DNA of 64,000 bases from an uncultured Gemmatimonadales bacterium (GTDB lineage: Bacteria > Gemmatimonadota > Gemmatimonadetes > Gemmatimonadales > GWC2-71-9), in NCBI GenBank assembly GCA_963730185.1, contig CAVSQW010000012.1, forward strand, positions 192,001 to 256,000, given 5' to 3'. Of this stretch, positions 1-9,665 are shown one piece after another. Numbering within the stretch: position 1 is the stretch's first letter; each line of letters opens with the position of its first letter. The notes beneath the pieces were generated by a model, which was not told where the DNA came from, did no database searches, and saw nothing but the letters and a program-made list of their open reading frames with translations. A program made the position numbers and the translations under genes.

Positions 1-172
1 GCCCGACGCCCTGAGTGCGGGGCCGGTCCGGACCGTCGCCGGGTTCGAGGACATCTCGAAGCTGGGGAACCTCGTGGCCGGGCTCCGGCGACGGGGGTGG
101 AGCGAGACGGAGCTCGACCAGGTGCTGGGCGGGAGCTGGCTTCGGGTCTACCAGGCAGCCTGGGGCGAGTGA
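1..172 (+). CDS. Membrane dipeptidase (M19-like), C-terminal part; 5' end outside the window
   Basis: Frame from nt 2 reads ...GFEDISKLGNLVAGLRRRGWSETELDQVLGGSWLRVYQAAWGE*, the typical end of renal-dipeptidase-family proteins; not in the ORF track. Confidence 0.75.
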   Translation, partial: PDALSAGPVRTVAGFEDISKLGNLVAGLRRRGWSETELDQVLGGSWLRVYQAAWGE

Positions 173-282
173 GCACCGATCCCCCGCCCGCCGGCTGGCC
201 CCGCGGCCGATTCGGCGATATCGTAGGCTACGTCCGCGTCGGCGGGCGACTTACCCCGCACATCGGTTCGAGGAGGTTGGCG

Positions 283-789
283 ATGCGTTCGGCGACGATC
301 GTAGGCGTGGCACTGGTGCTGGCAGCTTGTCAGGCGAAGGAGACGGCCGAGCAGGCTCAGGCTCGGATGGCCACCGAGTCGGCGGCGGCCAAGACCGCGA
401 TCGAGGCGGTCAACGCCGAGTTCACGAGCCACATGAATCAGGGTCACGCCAGCGTGGTGGCCGGATACTACACCGACGACGCGGTCTTCATGGGGCCCAA
501 CGAGCCGGCCGCGAACGGCAAGGCTGCCGTCCAGGCCGCGGTCGAGGGGCTGGTGACGATGAAGCCTCAGCTGACCCTGACGACCGCGTCGGTCACCGCC
601 AACGGGCCTCTCGCGGTCGAGCGAGGCACCTACGTCATGACGCTGACGCCGCCGGGCGCGCCCGCCGCCGTTGCCGACACCGGCAAGTACCTGGTCCACT
701 GGCGCCAAGTCGACGGCAAGTGGCTCCTGGCAGAGGACATCTTCAACAGCGACCTCCCGCCCGCGCCCGCCCCGCCCCCGGCCAAGTAG
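283..789 (+). CDS. SnoaL/NTF2-like (DUF4440) lipoprotein
   Basis: AGGAGG at 271-276 before ATG 283; lipobox LAAC; YTDDAVFM and DTGKYLVHWRQ-DGKW motifs. Confidence 0.85.
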   Translation: MRSATIVGVALVLAACQAKETAEQAQARMATESAAAKTAIEAVNAEFTSHMNQGHASVVAGYYTDDAVFMGPNEPAANGKAAVQAAVEGLVTMKPQLTLTTASVTANGPLAVERGTYVMTLTPPGAPAAVADTGKYLVHWRQVDGKWLLAEDIFNSDLPPAPAPPPAK

Positions 790-813
790 CGCCCTGCCGA
801 ACGGGTCCGCCGG

Positions 814-1284
814 TCAGCAGACGGCCCCGTTCGGCAGGGCGGAGACCCAGAGATAGAGACTGTCGCCGGCGAAGCCGGTCAGCGGGGTCACACTGGGCGG
901 ACGGTGGCAGAATCCCCGGGTATCGGGATTGACGCCGCCCGCCTGGAAGGAAACGTGGTAGGCCCAGTCGGCCTCGACCTGGAAAGAGCCGGTCGCCACC
1001 GCGACCTCGTGGCCGGCCTGGTCGCGGGCGACGGCGCGGAGCACCACGGTCTGGCCAGGCGAAGCCTCGAAGGAAGGAAACGACTCGGGCTGACTCGGCG
1101 ACGCGCCGGACGTCCCGACCCGCGTTAGATGCAGGGAGCCGGCGTCGACCGTCAGCTCGGCCGTCGCGGTGGAGAGGGTCGGGGCATAGCCCAGGAAATC
1201 CACCCCGATGGATACGCTCCCACCGGAATCGGCCATCCCGCAGCCCGCAAGCCCCAGCGTCAGCACCAGCCATCCCTTGGTCAT
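814..1284 (-). CDS. Hypothetical lipoprotein
   Basis: MTKGWLVLTLGLAGC signal/lipobox; protein-like composition. Confidence 0.6.
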   Translation of the reverse strand: MTKGWLVLTLGLAGCGMADSGGSVSIGVDFLGYAPTLSTATAELTVDAGSLHLTRVGTSGASPSQPESFPSFEASPGQTVVLRAVARDQAGHEVAVATGSFQVEADWAYHVSFQAGGVNPDTRGFCHRPPSVTPLTGFAGDSLYLWVSALPNGAVC

Positions 1285-1342
1285 CTCGGTAGGATATGCC
1301 GGGTCAGGAAGGCCCGCCGTGATCCGGATCACACCGGGCCGC

Positions 1343-1540
1343 CTACCCCTTCCAGATCGCGGCGTCGATGATCGACCAGAGGTGGACCAGCCATCCCAGC
1401 AAGAAGATCCAGAGAACGGCCGCCAGCGCGAACATGATGGCGGCCTTGATCCACCGCCCCTGGATCAGCTGGCCCAGACCGGGAATGAAGAAGCTGGCGA
1501 GCGCGGCGATGACGTTGCCGGTGGAGCCGGCTCCAGACAT
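1343..1540 (-). CDS. Small membrane protein (S-F-F-I-P-G-L-G-Q family)
   Basis: MSGAGSTGNVIAALASFFIPGLGQLIQG... with two hydrophobic segments; GAGG upstream. Confidence 0.8.
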   Translation of the reverse strand: MSGAGSTGNVIAALASFFIPGLGQLIQGRWIKAAIMFALAAVLWIFLLGWLVHLWSIIDAAIWKG

Positions 1541-1604
1541 GACGACCTCTCGAGCGGTGGAATCGAGAAGATACGTCGGCGAGCGGGGAGGGTCGACCGC
1601 CCCC

Positions 1605-2759
1605 TCAGGAGCCCCCCGCGCGGCCGGGCCGGGCCCCGCCGGTCGGCAGCCAGTCACAGCCGCGGTCGTCGATCAGATAGGAATGGAGCACGGTCCGGAG
1701 CCGCCCGTCGCCGCCCACGGTCCGGGGCAGGAAGTACAACGTGTCGCCCCGGAAGAACGGGGCGATCATCTCGTCCGAGCCGATCGGCGCCAGGCCGTCG
1801 ACGCAGGCTCGGCTCAGGTCCGCCGAGATCAGGCTCACCCAGTACCGGAGGTTCGAGAGAAGGAGCCGGCCGCCGCCGGACGCCGGCGAGACCAGCGAGT
1901 CCAACCGCGCCTCGGCATCGAGGTGGACGACGACATAGTCGCCGCTCGACTGCCGATGAACCGCCATGGCGAGTGACTGCACGTAGTGAAACGACGTCAG
2001 GTGGGCGAGCGAGTCGGCCAGCCCCTGAGGCACCCCCTTCCGACGCCGGGCCGGCAGCGCGACCGTGCCCTCGATCCGGCCGGCCCGGTCCAGGAGGTAG
2101 AGGGGCGCCTCGGCGGGAAAGAGCGCGAGCCACCCCTCGTCGCGCCGGGCGATCGACGGCTCTCCCTGCGAGTACGCCGCCATGACCTCGTGGAAGACGG
2201 GTGGCACGTCGCCCCACGACCAGACGCTGTCGGTCGCCGGCACCCATGAGGTGAACGGGGTCGGGCTCAGCTTGCCGGGCATCACCACCGTGTCGGCCCG
2301 GAGCCGCCACTGCTGGTCGGGGAAGAACGGCCGAACGATCACCTCGCGTCTGAGCCGGCCGTCGTCGAGTCCGAACACCACGATTCTGGCCCGGCGAGCG
2401 TCGACCGCGGCCACCAGAGAGTCGCCCGGCGGAACGAGGATGGTCGAAATCCGGACGAACTCGCCGGGACCATTGCCCAGCCGGCCCATGACCCGGACCA
2501 ACCCTCCCGAACGGTCGAATTGGAGAATGGAGGTGCCGGTCTCGATCAGGAGATCGCCCCGACCGGTCAAGGCCTGGGTACGGAGCGCCAGGAAGGACTC
2601 GAGGCTGTCCGGCTCGGCCAGGACGAGCGAGTCCAGGGCACGGACGGCCGGCCCGGCACCCGAGCGACCGCCGCACGCCGCGGCGAGGGCCACCCCCAGG
2701 AGAGCGAACCACCGACCGACGCGGCGGTCCCGGGACCGCCCGCGTCGGGTCCCGATCAT
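1605..2759 (-). CDS. 6-bladed beta-propeller lipoprotein
   Basis: Lipobox-like LAAAC; GRLGNGPGEF motif; ATG overlaps the upstream stop (TGATG). Confidence 0.75.
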   Translation of the reverse strand: MIGTRRGRSRDRRVGRWFALLGVALAAACGGRSGAGPAVRALDSLVLAEPDSLESFLALRTQALTGRGDLLIETGTSILQFDRSGGLVRVMGRLGNGPGEFVRISTILVPPGDSLVAAVDARRARIVVFGLDDGRLRREVIVRPFFPDQQWRLRADTVVMPGKLSPTPFTSWVPATDSVWSWGDVPPVFHEVMAAYSQGEPSIARRDEGWLALFPAEAPLYLLDRAGRIEGTVALPARRRKGVPQGLADSLAHLTSFHYVQSLAMAVHRQSSGDYVVVHLDAEARLDSLVSPASGGGRLLLSNLRYWVSLISADLSRACVDGLAPIGSDEMIAPFFRGDTLYFLPRTVGGDGRLRTVLHSYLIDDRGCDWLPTGGARPGRAGGS

Positions 2760-3076
2760 CAGACCGGGGTCACGACCGGCGAATCGTCGGGCAGCGCCCG
2801 GCCGGCGTCGGACGATGCCGGGGTCGCCGGGCGCGCCAGCCGCCGCTCCGCGAAGTCGAGCCGCTCCTCCACCTCGATCAGCTCGGCCCGAAGCCGCTCG
2901 ACCTCCCCGGTGAGCTCGGCGGCCCGCCCCCGGTTGATGTGCCCCTTGAGCCAGCTGATCGCGGCCCGGCCGAGGGGTGTGACCGACAGGAGCGTGATGC
3001 CGAGCGCGCCGACGATCCAGGGAATGAGCAGGTTGATCGAGTGGTTGATCCACCAGTTGATCTGATCCGGATTCAT
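2759..3076 (-). CDS. Hypothetical membrane protein with coiled coil
   Basis: TM segment followed by EVEERLDFAERRL; GGAGGAAGG upstream. Confidence 0.75.
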   Translation of the reverse strand: MNPDQINWWINHSINLLIPWIVGALGITLLSVTPLGRAAISWLKGHINRGRAAELTGEVERLRAELIEVEERLDFAERRLARPATPASSDAGRALPDDSPVVTPV

Positions 3077-3316
3077 TGCCTTCCTCCTCGTCCGGGGTCC
3101 CGGCGTCTGCTCCTCAGCGAATGTAGAAGGGTTCCGCCACGCGAGGCCCTCGCCGAAAACCGAGGTCGGGCCACGAGGTTGAAGATGGGAAGTGCGGTCG
3201 CTCGGCGCCACGCACCCAGCCGACCGGCAACCGAGAGATCCACTGGTTGGCGGCGGCTTGTATTTCGGGGTTTGTTCGGTATCTTGAGATCCCGCCCCAC
3301 CGGAGCACGATCCACG

Positions 3317-4594
3317 ATGAAGCGCCCCGCCGACCTCGAAGCCAAGGTCTCGCTCCTGATGTCGCTTGCCCAGGACGATCGCGAGGGGCTTCCGGGCGCC
3401 CGGCCGTCGCCCCCCCGGCTCCGGAACGCGAACCGGGCCGGCGTCCTCGGTCCGGCCACCATCCGCCAGGTTCGGCCGGCCGGCGGTCCGGCGACCTCAC
3501 TGCTCCGGATCTTGATGACGAACGCGTGCAGCTTCAACTGTCACTACTGCCCGATGCGGCGCGACCGGAATCTGCCTCGGACTCTCCTCAAGCCGGAGGA
3601 GCTGGTCCGGGTCTTCATCGGCGCGCTGGAGCGCGGGTGGTGCTCGGGACTCTTCATCACGACCGGGATTCCGGGCCGTCCGACCAAGGTGATGGACGAC
3701 CTGATCGCGGTCCTGGAGCTGCTCCGCGAGCGGCACCGTTTCCGGGGTTACGTCCACACCAAGATCGTGCCGGGCGGCGATGCCGCGCAGGTGGAGCGTC
3801 TGACGTCGCTGGCCTCCCGGGTGTCGGTCAACGTCGAGGCACCCTGCGGCCGGCACCTGGCCCGGATCGCCCCCGAGAAGCGCCTGGACACCACGCTCGA
3901 GACCTTCGAGCAGGCGCGGGCGCTGGTCAACCACACCCGCCGGGCGGAGCGGGCCGGCCGGCCCCGCGATCTGCTGCATCCCGGCGGCGTGGCGGGCATG
4001 ACGATGCAGTTCGTGGTGGGCGCGACGCCCGACAGCGACCGGGCCATCATGGACAAGGTCACCGAGCTCAACCGGGCGGGCGGGGTCCACCACACCCACT
4101 TCAGCGCCTTTCGGCCGATCCGCGACACACCGATGGAGCAGGTCCCGGCCACGCCGGCTCTCCGGGAGCATCGCCTCTATCAGGTGGACCACCTGGTTCG
4201 CGACTACGGCTTCGCTCCGACCGAGATCCCATACGATGCTCGCGGGAACGTGCCGCTGGCCCGCGACCCCAAGATCACCTGGGCCCTGGCCGAGCCCGAT
4301 CGGTTCCCGGTCGAGCTCAGGACGGCGGGCTACGACGAACTGGTTCGGGTGCCCGGTATCGGGCCGGGAACGGCGCGACGGATCGTGGCCGAGCGCCGAA
4401 CGACCACCATTCGGGGGCTGAACGACCTGAAACGGCTCGGGGCCAAGACCAATCGGGCCGCCGGATTCCTCACCATCGGTGGCCGGCGGCTCCAGCACGA
4501 GCGCTGGGCCGAGCAGCTCGGATTTTGGAGCCCGGAGGAGGAGGCGGGAGCCCCGCAGCTCCTCTACGAGGTGAGTCCCGGCACGTTCCGCTGA
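3317..4594 (+). CDS. Putative DNA modification/repair radical SAM protein with C-terminal helix-hairpin-helix
   Basis: LLRILMTNACSFNCHYC (CxxxCxxC); REHRLYQ; RVPGIG HhH. Confidence 0.88.
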   Translation: MKRPADLEAKVSLLMSLAQDDREGLPGARPSPPRLRNANRAGVLGPATIRQVRPAGGPATSLLRILMTNACSFNCHYCPMRRDRNLPRTLLKPEELVRVFIGALERGWCSGLFITTGIPGRPTKVMDDLIAVLELLRERHRFRGYVHTKIVPGGDAAQVERLTSLASRVSVNVEAPCGRHLARIAPEKRLDTTLETFEQARALVNHTRRAERAGRPRDLLHPGGVAGMTMQFVVGATPDSDRAIMDKVTELNRAGGVHHTHFSAFRPIRDTPMEQVPATPALREHRLYQVDHLVRDYGFAPTEIPYDARGNVPLARDPKITWALAEPDRFPVELRTAGYDELVRVPGIGPGTARRIVAERRTTTIRGLNDLKRLGAKTNRAAGFLTIGGRRLQHERWAEQLGFWSPEEEAGAPQLLYEVSPGTFR

Positions 4595-4766
4595 CGCCGG
4601 ACGGATTCCGCCGCACCGGGCAAAGGCTTAGACTGGCTCGGTCCTGTCAAGCCGACCAGCCCTTGGGAGCGCGGGTGGTCCTCGGGACGACGCGTGAGCC
4701 TCCCGGATGGTTGACTCCGAAGGCCTCCGAGCGGAGGTTGCCCAACCCCGTGACCGCCGAGCGTCA

Positions 4767-6122
4767 ATGAAGAGTTCCACAATCGGGATCGCCATCGTTG
4801 GGCTGGCCCTGGTTGGGCCGGTCTCCGTCGCCGGAGCGCAGCAGGCGTCGATGGGGGAGTTCCCGTTGCCGATGGGCGAGCCCCGTTCGACGCCGCACGC
4901 CGGTTTCATGACGTCAGCCGGCGGTTGGCAGATCCGCGTCCACGGGTTCGCCTTCCTTGGGACGACCTCGGCGACCGGGCCTCGAGGCGAGAGCCACTCC
5001 CTGACGCCGAGCATGGCATCGGTCGCAGCGATGCGGCCGCTCGGACGAGGCCGCCTCAGTCTCCGCCTCGGCGTGAGCGCCGACCCCACGATGGGGGCGA
5101 GAGGCTACCCGCTCCTGCTCCAGACCGGAGAGACGGCCGACGGTCTCACCCCGCTTCACGATCGCCAGCACCCGCACGACCTCCTGACCGAGCTGGGTCT
5201 GGCGTACCGTCAGCAGGTCGGGGATTCGCTCGACGGATTTCTCTATCTGGCGGCCGTCGGTCAGCCGGCCTTCGGTCCGGTGGCGTTCATGCATCGGGCC
5301 TCCGGCCGCGAGCTGCCCGAGGCGCCGCTCGGCCACCACCTCCAGGACGCAACCCACATCACCAACGGCGTGCTCCGCTTCGGCGTCGTGAGCCGCGGTA
5401 TCGTCACCCTCGAAGCCTCGCTTTTCAACGGGCGGGAGCCGGACCCGGACCGTTGGACGCCCGACCCGATCCGGCTCGACTCCTATTCGCTTCGGGCCCT
5501 GGTGAACCTGAAGGCGGATTGGGCCCTGCAGGCGAGTGTGGCGCACGTCGCCCAGCCGGAGCGGCTCCACCCGACCATCGACGAGACCCGGCTGTCGTTT
5601 TCGGCCACCTACAACCGCCCGCTTCGGAGCGGCAACTGGCAGACCACCTTCGCTTGGGGCCGGAACCTCACCATGCGGCGGATCATTCCGTTCACCGAGG
5701 CGCGGGCGATCTTCCCCGCCCCGGTGCTGGCGCACTACCTCGCGCTGGCCGAGCTTACGGGGCTGCCGGCCGACTCACTGGACCTGGTCTTTCCGAGCCA
5801 GCCGACCTCGGGATTGCTCCTGGAAAGCGCACTCGAGACGGGTCCGGCGATCGTGACGGCTCGGGCCGAGTATCTGGGCAAGCGAGAGATCTTCGACCCG
5901 ACCGACCTTCGGCACAGCGAGCTCTTCCACGTCGGCAAGGTCTCGGCGGGGGCGATGTGGCAGGTGGAGCTCAGTTCGCAGCTGTCGCTCGGCGTGGGAG
6001 CCGAGGGGAGCCTTCATGTCGTCCCAACGTCGATCCAGCCGGACTATGGGACGATGCCGCTATCGGGGCAGCTCTTTGCCCGGCTCCGGATTCGGACTCG
6101 GATGCAGGGAGACGGCCACTGA
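4767..6122 (+). CDS. Secreted/outer-membrane hypothetical protein (DRQHPHD family)
   Basis: Signal peptide; GYPLLLQTGET, DRQHPHDL, APLGHHLQDATHI, FNGREPD motifs. Confidence 0.8.
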   Translation: MKSSTIGIAIVGLALVGPVSVAGAQQASMGEFPLPMGEPRSTPHAGFMTSAGGWQIRVHGFAFLGTTSATGPRGESHSLTPSMASVAAMRPLGRGRLSLRLGVSADPTMGARGYPLLLQTGETADGLTPLHDRQHPHDLLTELGLAYRQQVGDSLDGFLYLAAVGQPAFGPVAFMHRASGRELPEAPLGHHLQDATHITNGVLRFGVVSRGIVTLEASLFNGREPDPDRWTPDPIRLDSYSLRALVNLKADWALQASVAHVAQPERLHPTIDETRLSFSATYNRPLRSGNWQTTFAWGRNLTMRRIIPFTEARAIFPAPVLAHYLALAELTGLPADSLDLVFPSQPTSGLLLESALETGPAIVTARAEYLGKREIFDPTDLRHSELFHVGKVSAGAMWQVELSSQLSLGVGAEGSLHVVPTSIQPDYGTMPLSGQLFARLRIRTRMQGDGH

Positions 6123-6146
6123 ACCGGCGCGGAAACGGATGTGGCG

Positions 6147-7412
6147 TCAGCGCCGATCGACCACCACCCTCCCGCCCTTCATGACCCACCGGACCCCGCC
6201 GATCACGACGTCGATGTCGGCCGTCGGATCGCCGTCCACCGCCACGATGTCGGCATAATAGCCGGGCGCCACCCGGCCGAGGTCGCTCTCGTGGCCGAGG
6301 AGCGCGGCACCGACCGTGGTCGCGGAGGCGAGCGCCTGGACCGGCGTCATCCCGGCCTTCACGAACCACTCCAGCTCGCGGGTGTTCTCGCCGAAACCGG
6401 TGAAGACGGCATCCGAGCCCATCGCGATCTTGACGCCGGCCCGGAACGCCTTCTGGAGGGTGACGAAGTTGCGCTGGACGTAGTCCTGGAGCCGGTCGAC
6501 CACGGCCTGGCTGTACCCATACTCGTCGCGGTGGGCGACGTAATAGCGGTTGTGGTCGACGGTGGGCACGTAGACCGTGCCTCGCCGGACCATCTCGGCG
6601 ATGGTGGCGTCGTCCAGGTCGGTGGCGTGCTCGACCGACTCGGCCCCCGCCCGGACCGCGTCGCGGGCGCCGTCCGGCCCGTAGGAATGGATGGCGATCC
6701 GCTTCCCGGCCCGGTGGGCCACGTCCGCGGCCGCCTTCATCTCCTCATACGAGAAGGTCTGAAAGCCGGAGACGTCCTGATCGCTCCCGGTGGAGCCGTA
6801 CATCTTGACCCAGTCGGCGCCGGCCCCGATCTGCTCCCGCGCCACCCGCATGACCTCGGCCACGCCATCGGCCCGGCCGGGATCGGGCCGGGTCACGCCC
6901 GGCGGCGGTGCGGCCCGGCTGATGTGGAGACCGTAGCCCGCGACGAACATCCGCGGCCCGGGAATGGCGCCCCGCTCGATCAGCGCCTTGAGCGCCAGGT
7001 CGGTGTACTGCCACGACCCGAGGTCGCGCACCGTGGTGACGCCGGTTTCGAGGGTCGTCCGGGCGTTCTCCTGAGCCAGGAACACCGTGACCGGCGCGCC
7101 GAGGCTGCCGAGCTGGCTCCAGGGACGGGTGCCCGGGGTCCGGTCCCAGTAATACGACATGTGGGTGTGGACGTCGATCATTCCCGGGATGCCGGTGTAA
7201 CGGCGGAGATCGATCACCGTTGCGCCGGGCGGCACCGCGCCGTCGCCCGAGCCCACCGTGGCGATTCGCTCGCCGTCCACGACCACCACGGCGTCGGCCG
7301 TGACCGCCCCGGTACCATCCACCAGGCGACCGAACCGGATCGCGGTGACCTGGGCGGCGACCGGCGGCGCCGTCAGAACGGCCAGCGCGACCGCGAGCGC
7401 TCGGCGGGTCAT
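6147..7412 (-). CDS. Secreted metal-dependent amidohydrolase (prolidase-like)
   Basis: Signal peptide; PGMIDVHTH, GVTTVRDLG, GADWVK, VEHA, GSDA, G..APG..AD; ATGA overlap with the upstream gene. Confidence 0.9.
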   Translation of the reverse strand: MTRRALAVALAVLTAPPVAAQVTAIRFGRLVDGTGAVTADAVVVVDGERIATVGSGDGAVPPGATVIDLRRYTGIPGMIDVHTHMSYYWDRTPGTRPWSQLGSLGAPVTVFLAQENARTTLETGVTTVRDLGSWQYTDLALKALIERGAIPGPRMFVAGYGLHISRAAPPPGVTRPDPGRADGVAEVMRVAREQIGAGADWVKMYGSTGSDQDVSGFQTFSYEEMKAAADVAHRAGKRIAIHSYGPDGARDAVRAGAESVEHATDLDDATIAEMVRRGTVYVPTVDHNRYYVAHRDEYGYSQAVVDRLQDYVQRNFVTLQKAFRAGVKIAMGSDAVFTGFGENTRELEWFVKAGMTPVQALASATTVGAALLGHESDLGRVAPGYYADIVAVDGDPTADIDVVIGGVRWVMKGGRVVVDRR

Positions 7413-8863
7413 GACATCCAGTTGGTGCCCGCCTCGCGGGCCCACTTGATGGTGGTCTTCCGGCTTCGGGTCCAGAACTCGATCGAGCCCCGGCCGGTCA
7501 CGTCGCCCACGCCGAACTTGGACTCGTTCCACCCGCCGAACGAGAAGGGCTCCCGGGGCACCGGGACGCCCACGTTGACGCCCACCATCCCGGCGTGGAC
7601 CCGGGACGCCACGTAGCGCGCGACCCCGCCCCGCTCGGTGTAGACCGACGCGGCGTTGCCGTAAGGCGAGCGATTCTCGACCTCGATCGCGCGGTCGACG
7701 TCGGGCACCCGGACGATCGCCAAGACCGGTCCGAACACCTCGTCCTGCGCGATCCGCATGTCGGGGCTGACGTGATCGACGATCGTGGGACCGACGTAGT
7801 AGCCCTGCTCCCGGCCGGGCACGTGAGCCTTCCGCCCGTCGAGGATGACCGTGGCGCCGGCCGCTTCGGCTTCGTCGATGTAGCCGATGATCCGGTCGCG
7901 CGCCTCGGCCGAGATGACCGGTCCGAGGGTCTGGCCGGGAACGAGGGCCTTGGCGATCTCCACCATCCGGGCGACGATCGGATCGACGTCGTCGACCGCG
8001 ACCATCACCGACGCCGCCATGCAGCGCTGGCCGGCGCAGCCCGCCATCGACGCCACGATGTTGCCGGCCGCCATTTCCCGGTCGGCGTCGGGCAGCACGA
8101 TCAGATGGTTCTTGGCTCCACCTAACGCCAGACAACGCTTCAGGTTCTGGGTTGCCCGGCGGTAGACCACCTTGGCCGTCCGGGTCGAGCCGACGAAGCT
8201 GATCGCCTCGATCCCGGGATGGTCGCAGATGGCCTCGACCGCTTCGCGGCCGCCGTGGACCACGTTGAACACCCCCTTCGGGAGCCCCGCCTCCTCCAGG
8301 AGCTCGCCGATCCGGACGGCCGAGAGCGGCACCAGCTCCGAGGGCTTGAGGACCATCGCGTTGCCTAACGCGATGGCGTTCGGAATGGTCCAGTGGGGCA
8401 CCATGTTCGGGAAGTTGAACGGGGTGATCGACGCCACCACCCCGAGTGCCAGGCGGTCGATCCGGCAGTCCACGCCCCGGCTCACCTCGAGGATCTCGCC
8501 CGGCGCCGTCTGCGGCAGGGCGCAGGCGAATTCGACCACCTCGATCGCCTTCTCCACTTCCGCCCGGGCCTCGGACTCGATCTTTCCGTTCTCCTCCGTC
8601 ACCAACGCGGCGAGCTCGGGGAGATGGCGCTCGAGCAGCGTCTTGTAGCGGTAGAAGACCTGGACCCGCTCCTTGATCGGGAGCGCGGACCAGTCGGGGA
8701 ACGCCGCCTTGGCCACCTGCACGGCCCGGTCGACCTCGGCGGAGCCGCCGAGGGGCACTTGGGAGATGACCTCGCCGACTCCGGGATCGAAGACGTCGAG
8801 GACGGCGGCCCCGCCGGAAATCGGCTGGCCCCCGATATAGTGCGAAACGGCAGGATATCTCAT
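7409..8863 (-). CDS. mmsA: CoA-acylating methylmalonate-semialdehyde dehydrogenase
   Basis: ITPFNFP, SFVGST, LGGAKNH, AGQRCMA, EVFGPV, GMVGVNVGVPVP. Confidence 0.9.
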   Translation of the reverse strand: MRYPAVSHYIGGQPISGGAAVLDVFDPGVGEVISQVPLGGSAEVDRAVQVAKAAFPDWSALPIKERVQVFYRYKTLLERHLPELAALVTEENGKIESEARAEVEKAIEVVEFACALPQTAPGEILEVSRGVDCRIDRLALGVVASITPFNFPNMVPHWTIPNAIALGNAMVLKPSELVPLSAVRIGELLEEAGLPKGVFNVVHGGREAVEAICDHPGIEAISFVGSTRTAKVVYRRATQNLKRCLALGGAKNHLIVLPDADREMAAGNIVASMAGCAGQRCMAASVMVAVDDVDPIVARMVEIAKALVPGQTLGPVISAEARDRIIGYIDEAEAAGATVILDGRKAHVPGREQGYYVGPTIVDHVSPDMRIAQDEVFGPVLAIVRVPDVDRAIEVENRSPYGNAASVYTERGGVARYVASRVHAGMVGVNVGVPVPREPFSFGGWNESKFGVGDVTGRGSIEFWTRSRKTTIKWAREAGTNWMS

Positions 8864-8977
8864 TGGCGTCGGGGTAGTTGGCTCCTCAAAGTGCACTGCC
8901 GACCCGGGCGGGCGCCAGCCGGGCCCGGCCGGCTCGCGCCAACCTCGCCGATCGGCAGTAGCTTCTCTCCCAGAGCC

Positions 8978-9613
8978 CTACCGCTCGCGCCGCCGCCCGG
9001 CCGGGCGGGGTCGGGCGCCGCGCCCGGCGCGCGGGACCAGGGTCGTCATCGCCGCGAGCACCTCGTCGAACGAGGGCATGGCGCCGACCACCGGCGTCAT
9101 GGTGGCCACCTCGAATCCGGGGCCGGGATCGAGGACGTGACGGCCGTCCGCCCTGAGCCGGGCGACGTTCCGGCACACGGCCGGCTGGGCCCACATGGCA
9201 GGATTCATCGCGGGCACGAAGAGCACCGGGCACGAGGCCGCCAGGATGGCGGCCGTCGGTCCGTCGTCGGCCAGGCCGTGCGCCGCGCGAGCCAGCAAGT
9301 TGGCGGTGGCGGGAAGCGCCACCACCAGATCGGCCCCGGCGACCGCTTCGACATGAGGCACCAGGAGATCGGCGGGCGCGTCGAAGAGGTCGAGCACCGG
9401 CTCGAGCCCGGTGACGACCCGGACGGCGTACGGCGTGACGAACCGGCGGGCGGCGGCCGAGAGGAAGACCCGCACGGTCGGCGCGAAGGTACGCCGCACC
9501 AGGAAGAGAAAAGCCGGCAACATGACGGCCGCGACGGCGCCCGACGCCGCCACGACCACCGACTCGCAGACCTTCGCCTCGGGAAGCGGATCGGGCGGGG
9601 ACTTTCTGGGCAT
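8978..9613 (-). CDS. Stand-alone HFCD flavoprotein, LanD/EpiD-like peptidyl-cysteine decarboxylase
   Basis: ASGAVAA, PHV (catalytic His position), PATANLLA, PAMNPAMW; no CoaB domain; no LACG Cys motif of CoaC. Confidence 0.8.
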   Translation of the reverse strand: MPRKSPPDPLPEAKVCESVVVAASGAVAAVMLPAFLFLVRRTFAPTVRVFLSAAARRFVTPYAVRVVTGLEPVLDLFDAPADLLVPHVEAVAGADLVVALPATANLLARAAHGLADDGPTAAILAASCPVLFVPAMNPAMWAQPAVCRNVARLRADGRHVLDPGPGFEVATMTPVVGAMPSFDEVLAAMTTLVPRAGRGARPRPAGRRRER

Positions 9614-9665
9614 GGGCGGCTCGGAGCGGAGTGAGCCCCAATCTAACGATCGAGCGAGGTGAGCG

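Noticed and set aside
3263..3277. TTTC-N7-GTTC as a LexA-like box before the radical SAM gene
   Set aside because: Single imperfect match, and I do not know the LexA motif for this lineage
8978..9613. Flavoprotein as housekeeping coaC/dfp
   Set aside because: No CoaB domain, no LACG cysteine, and a RiPP context; not formally excluded without a phylogeny
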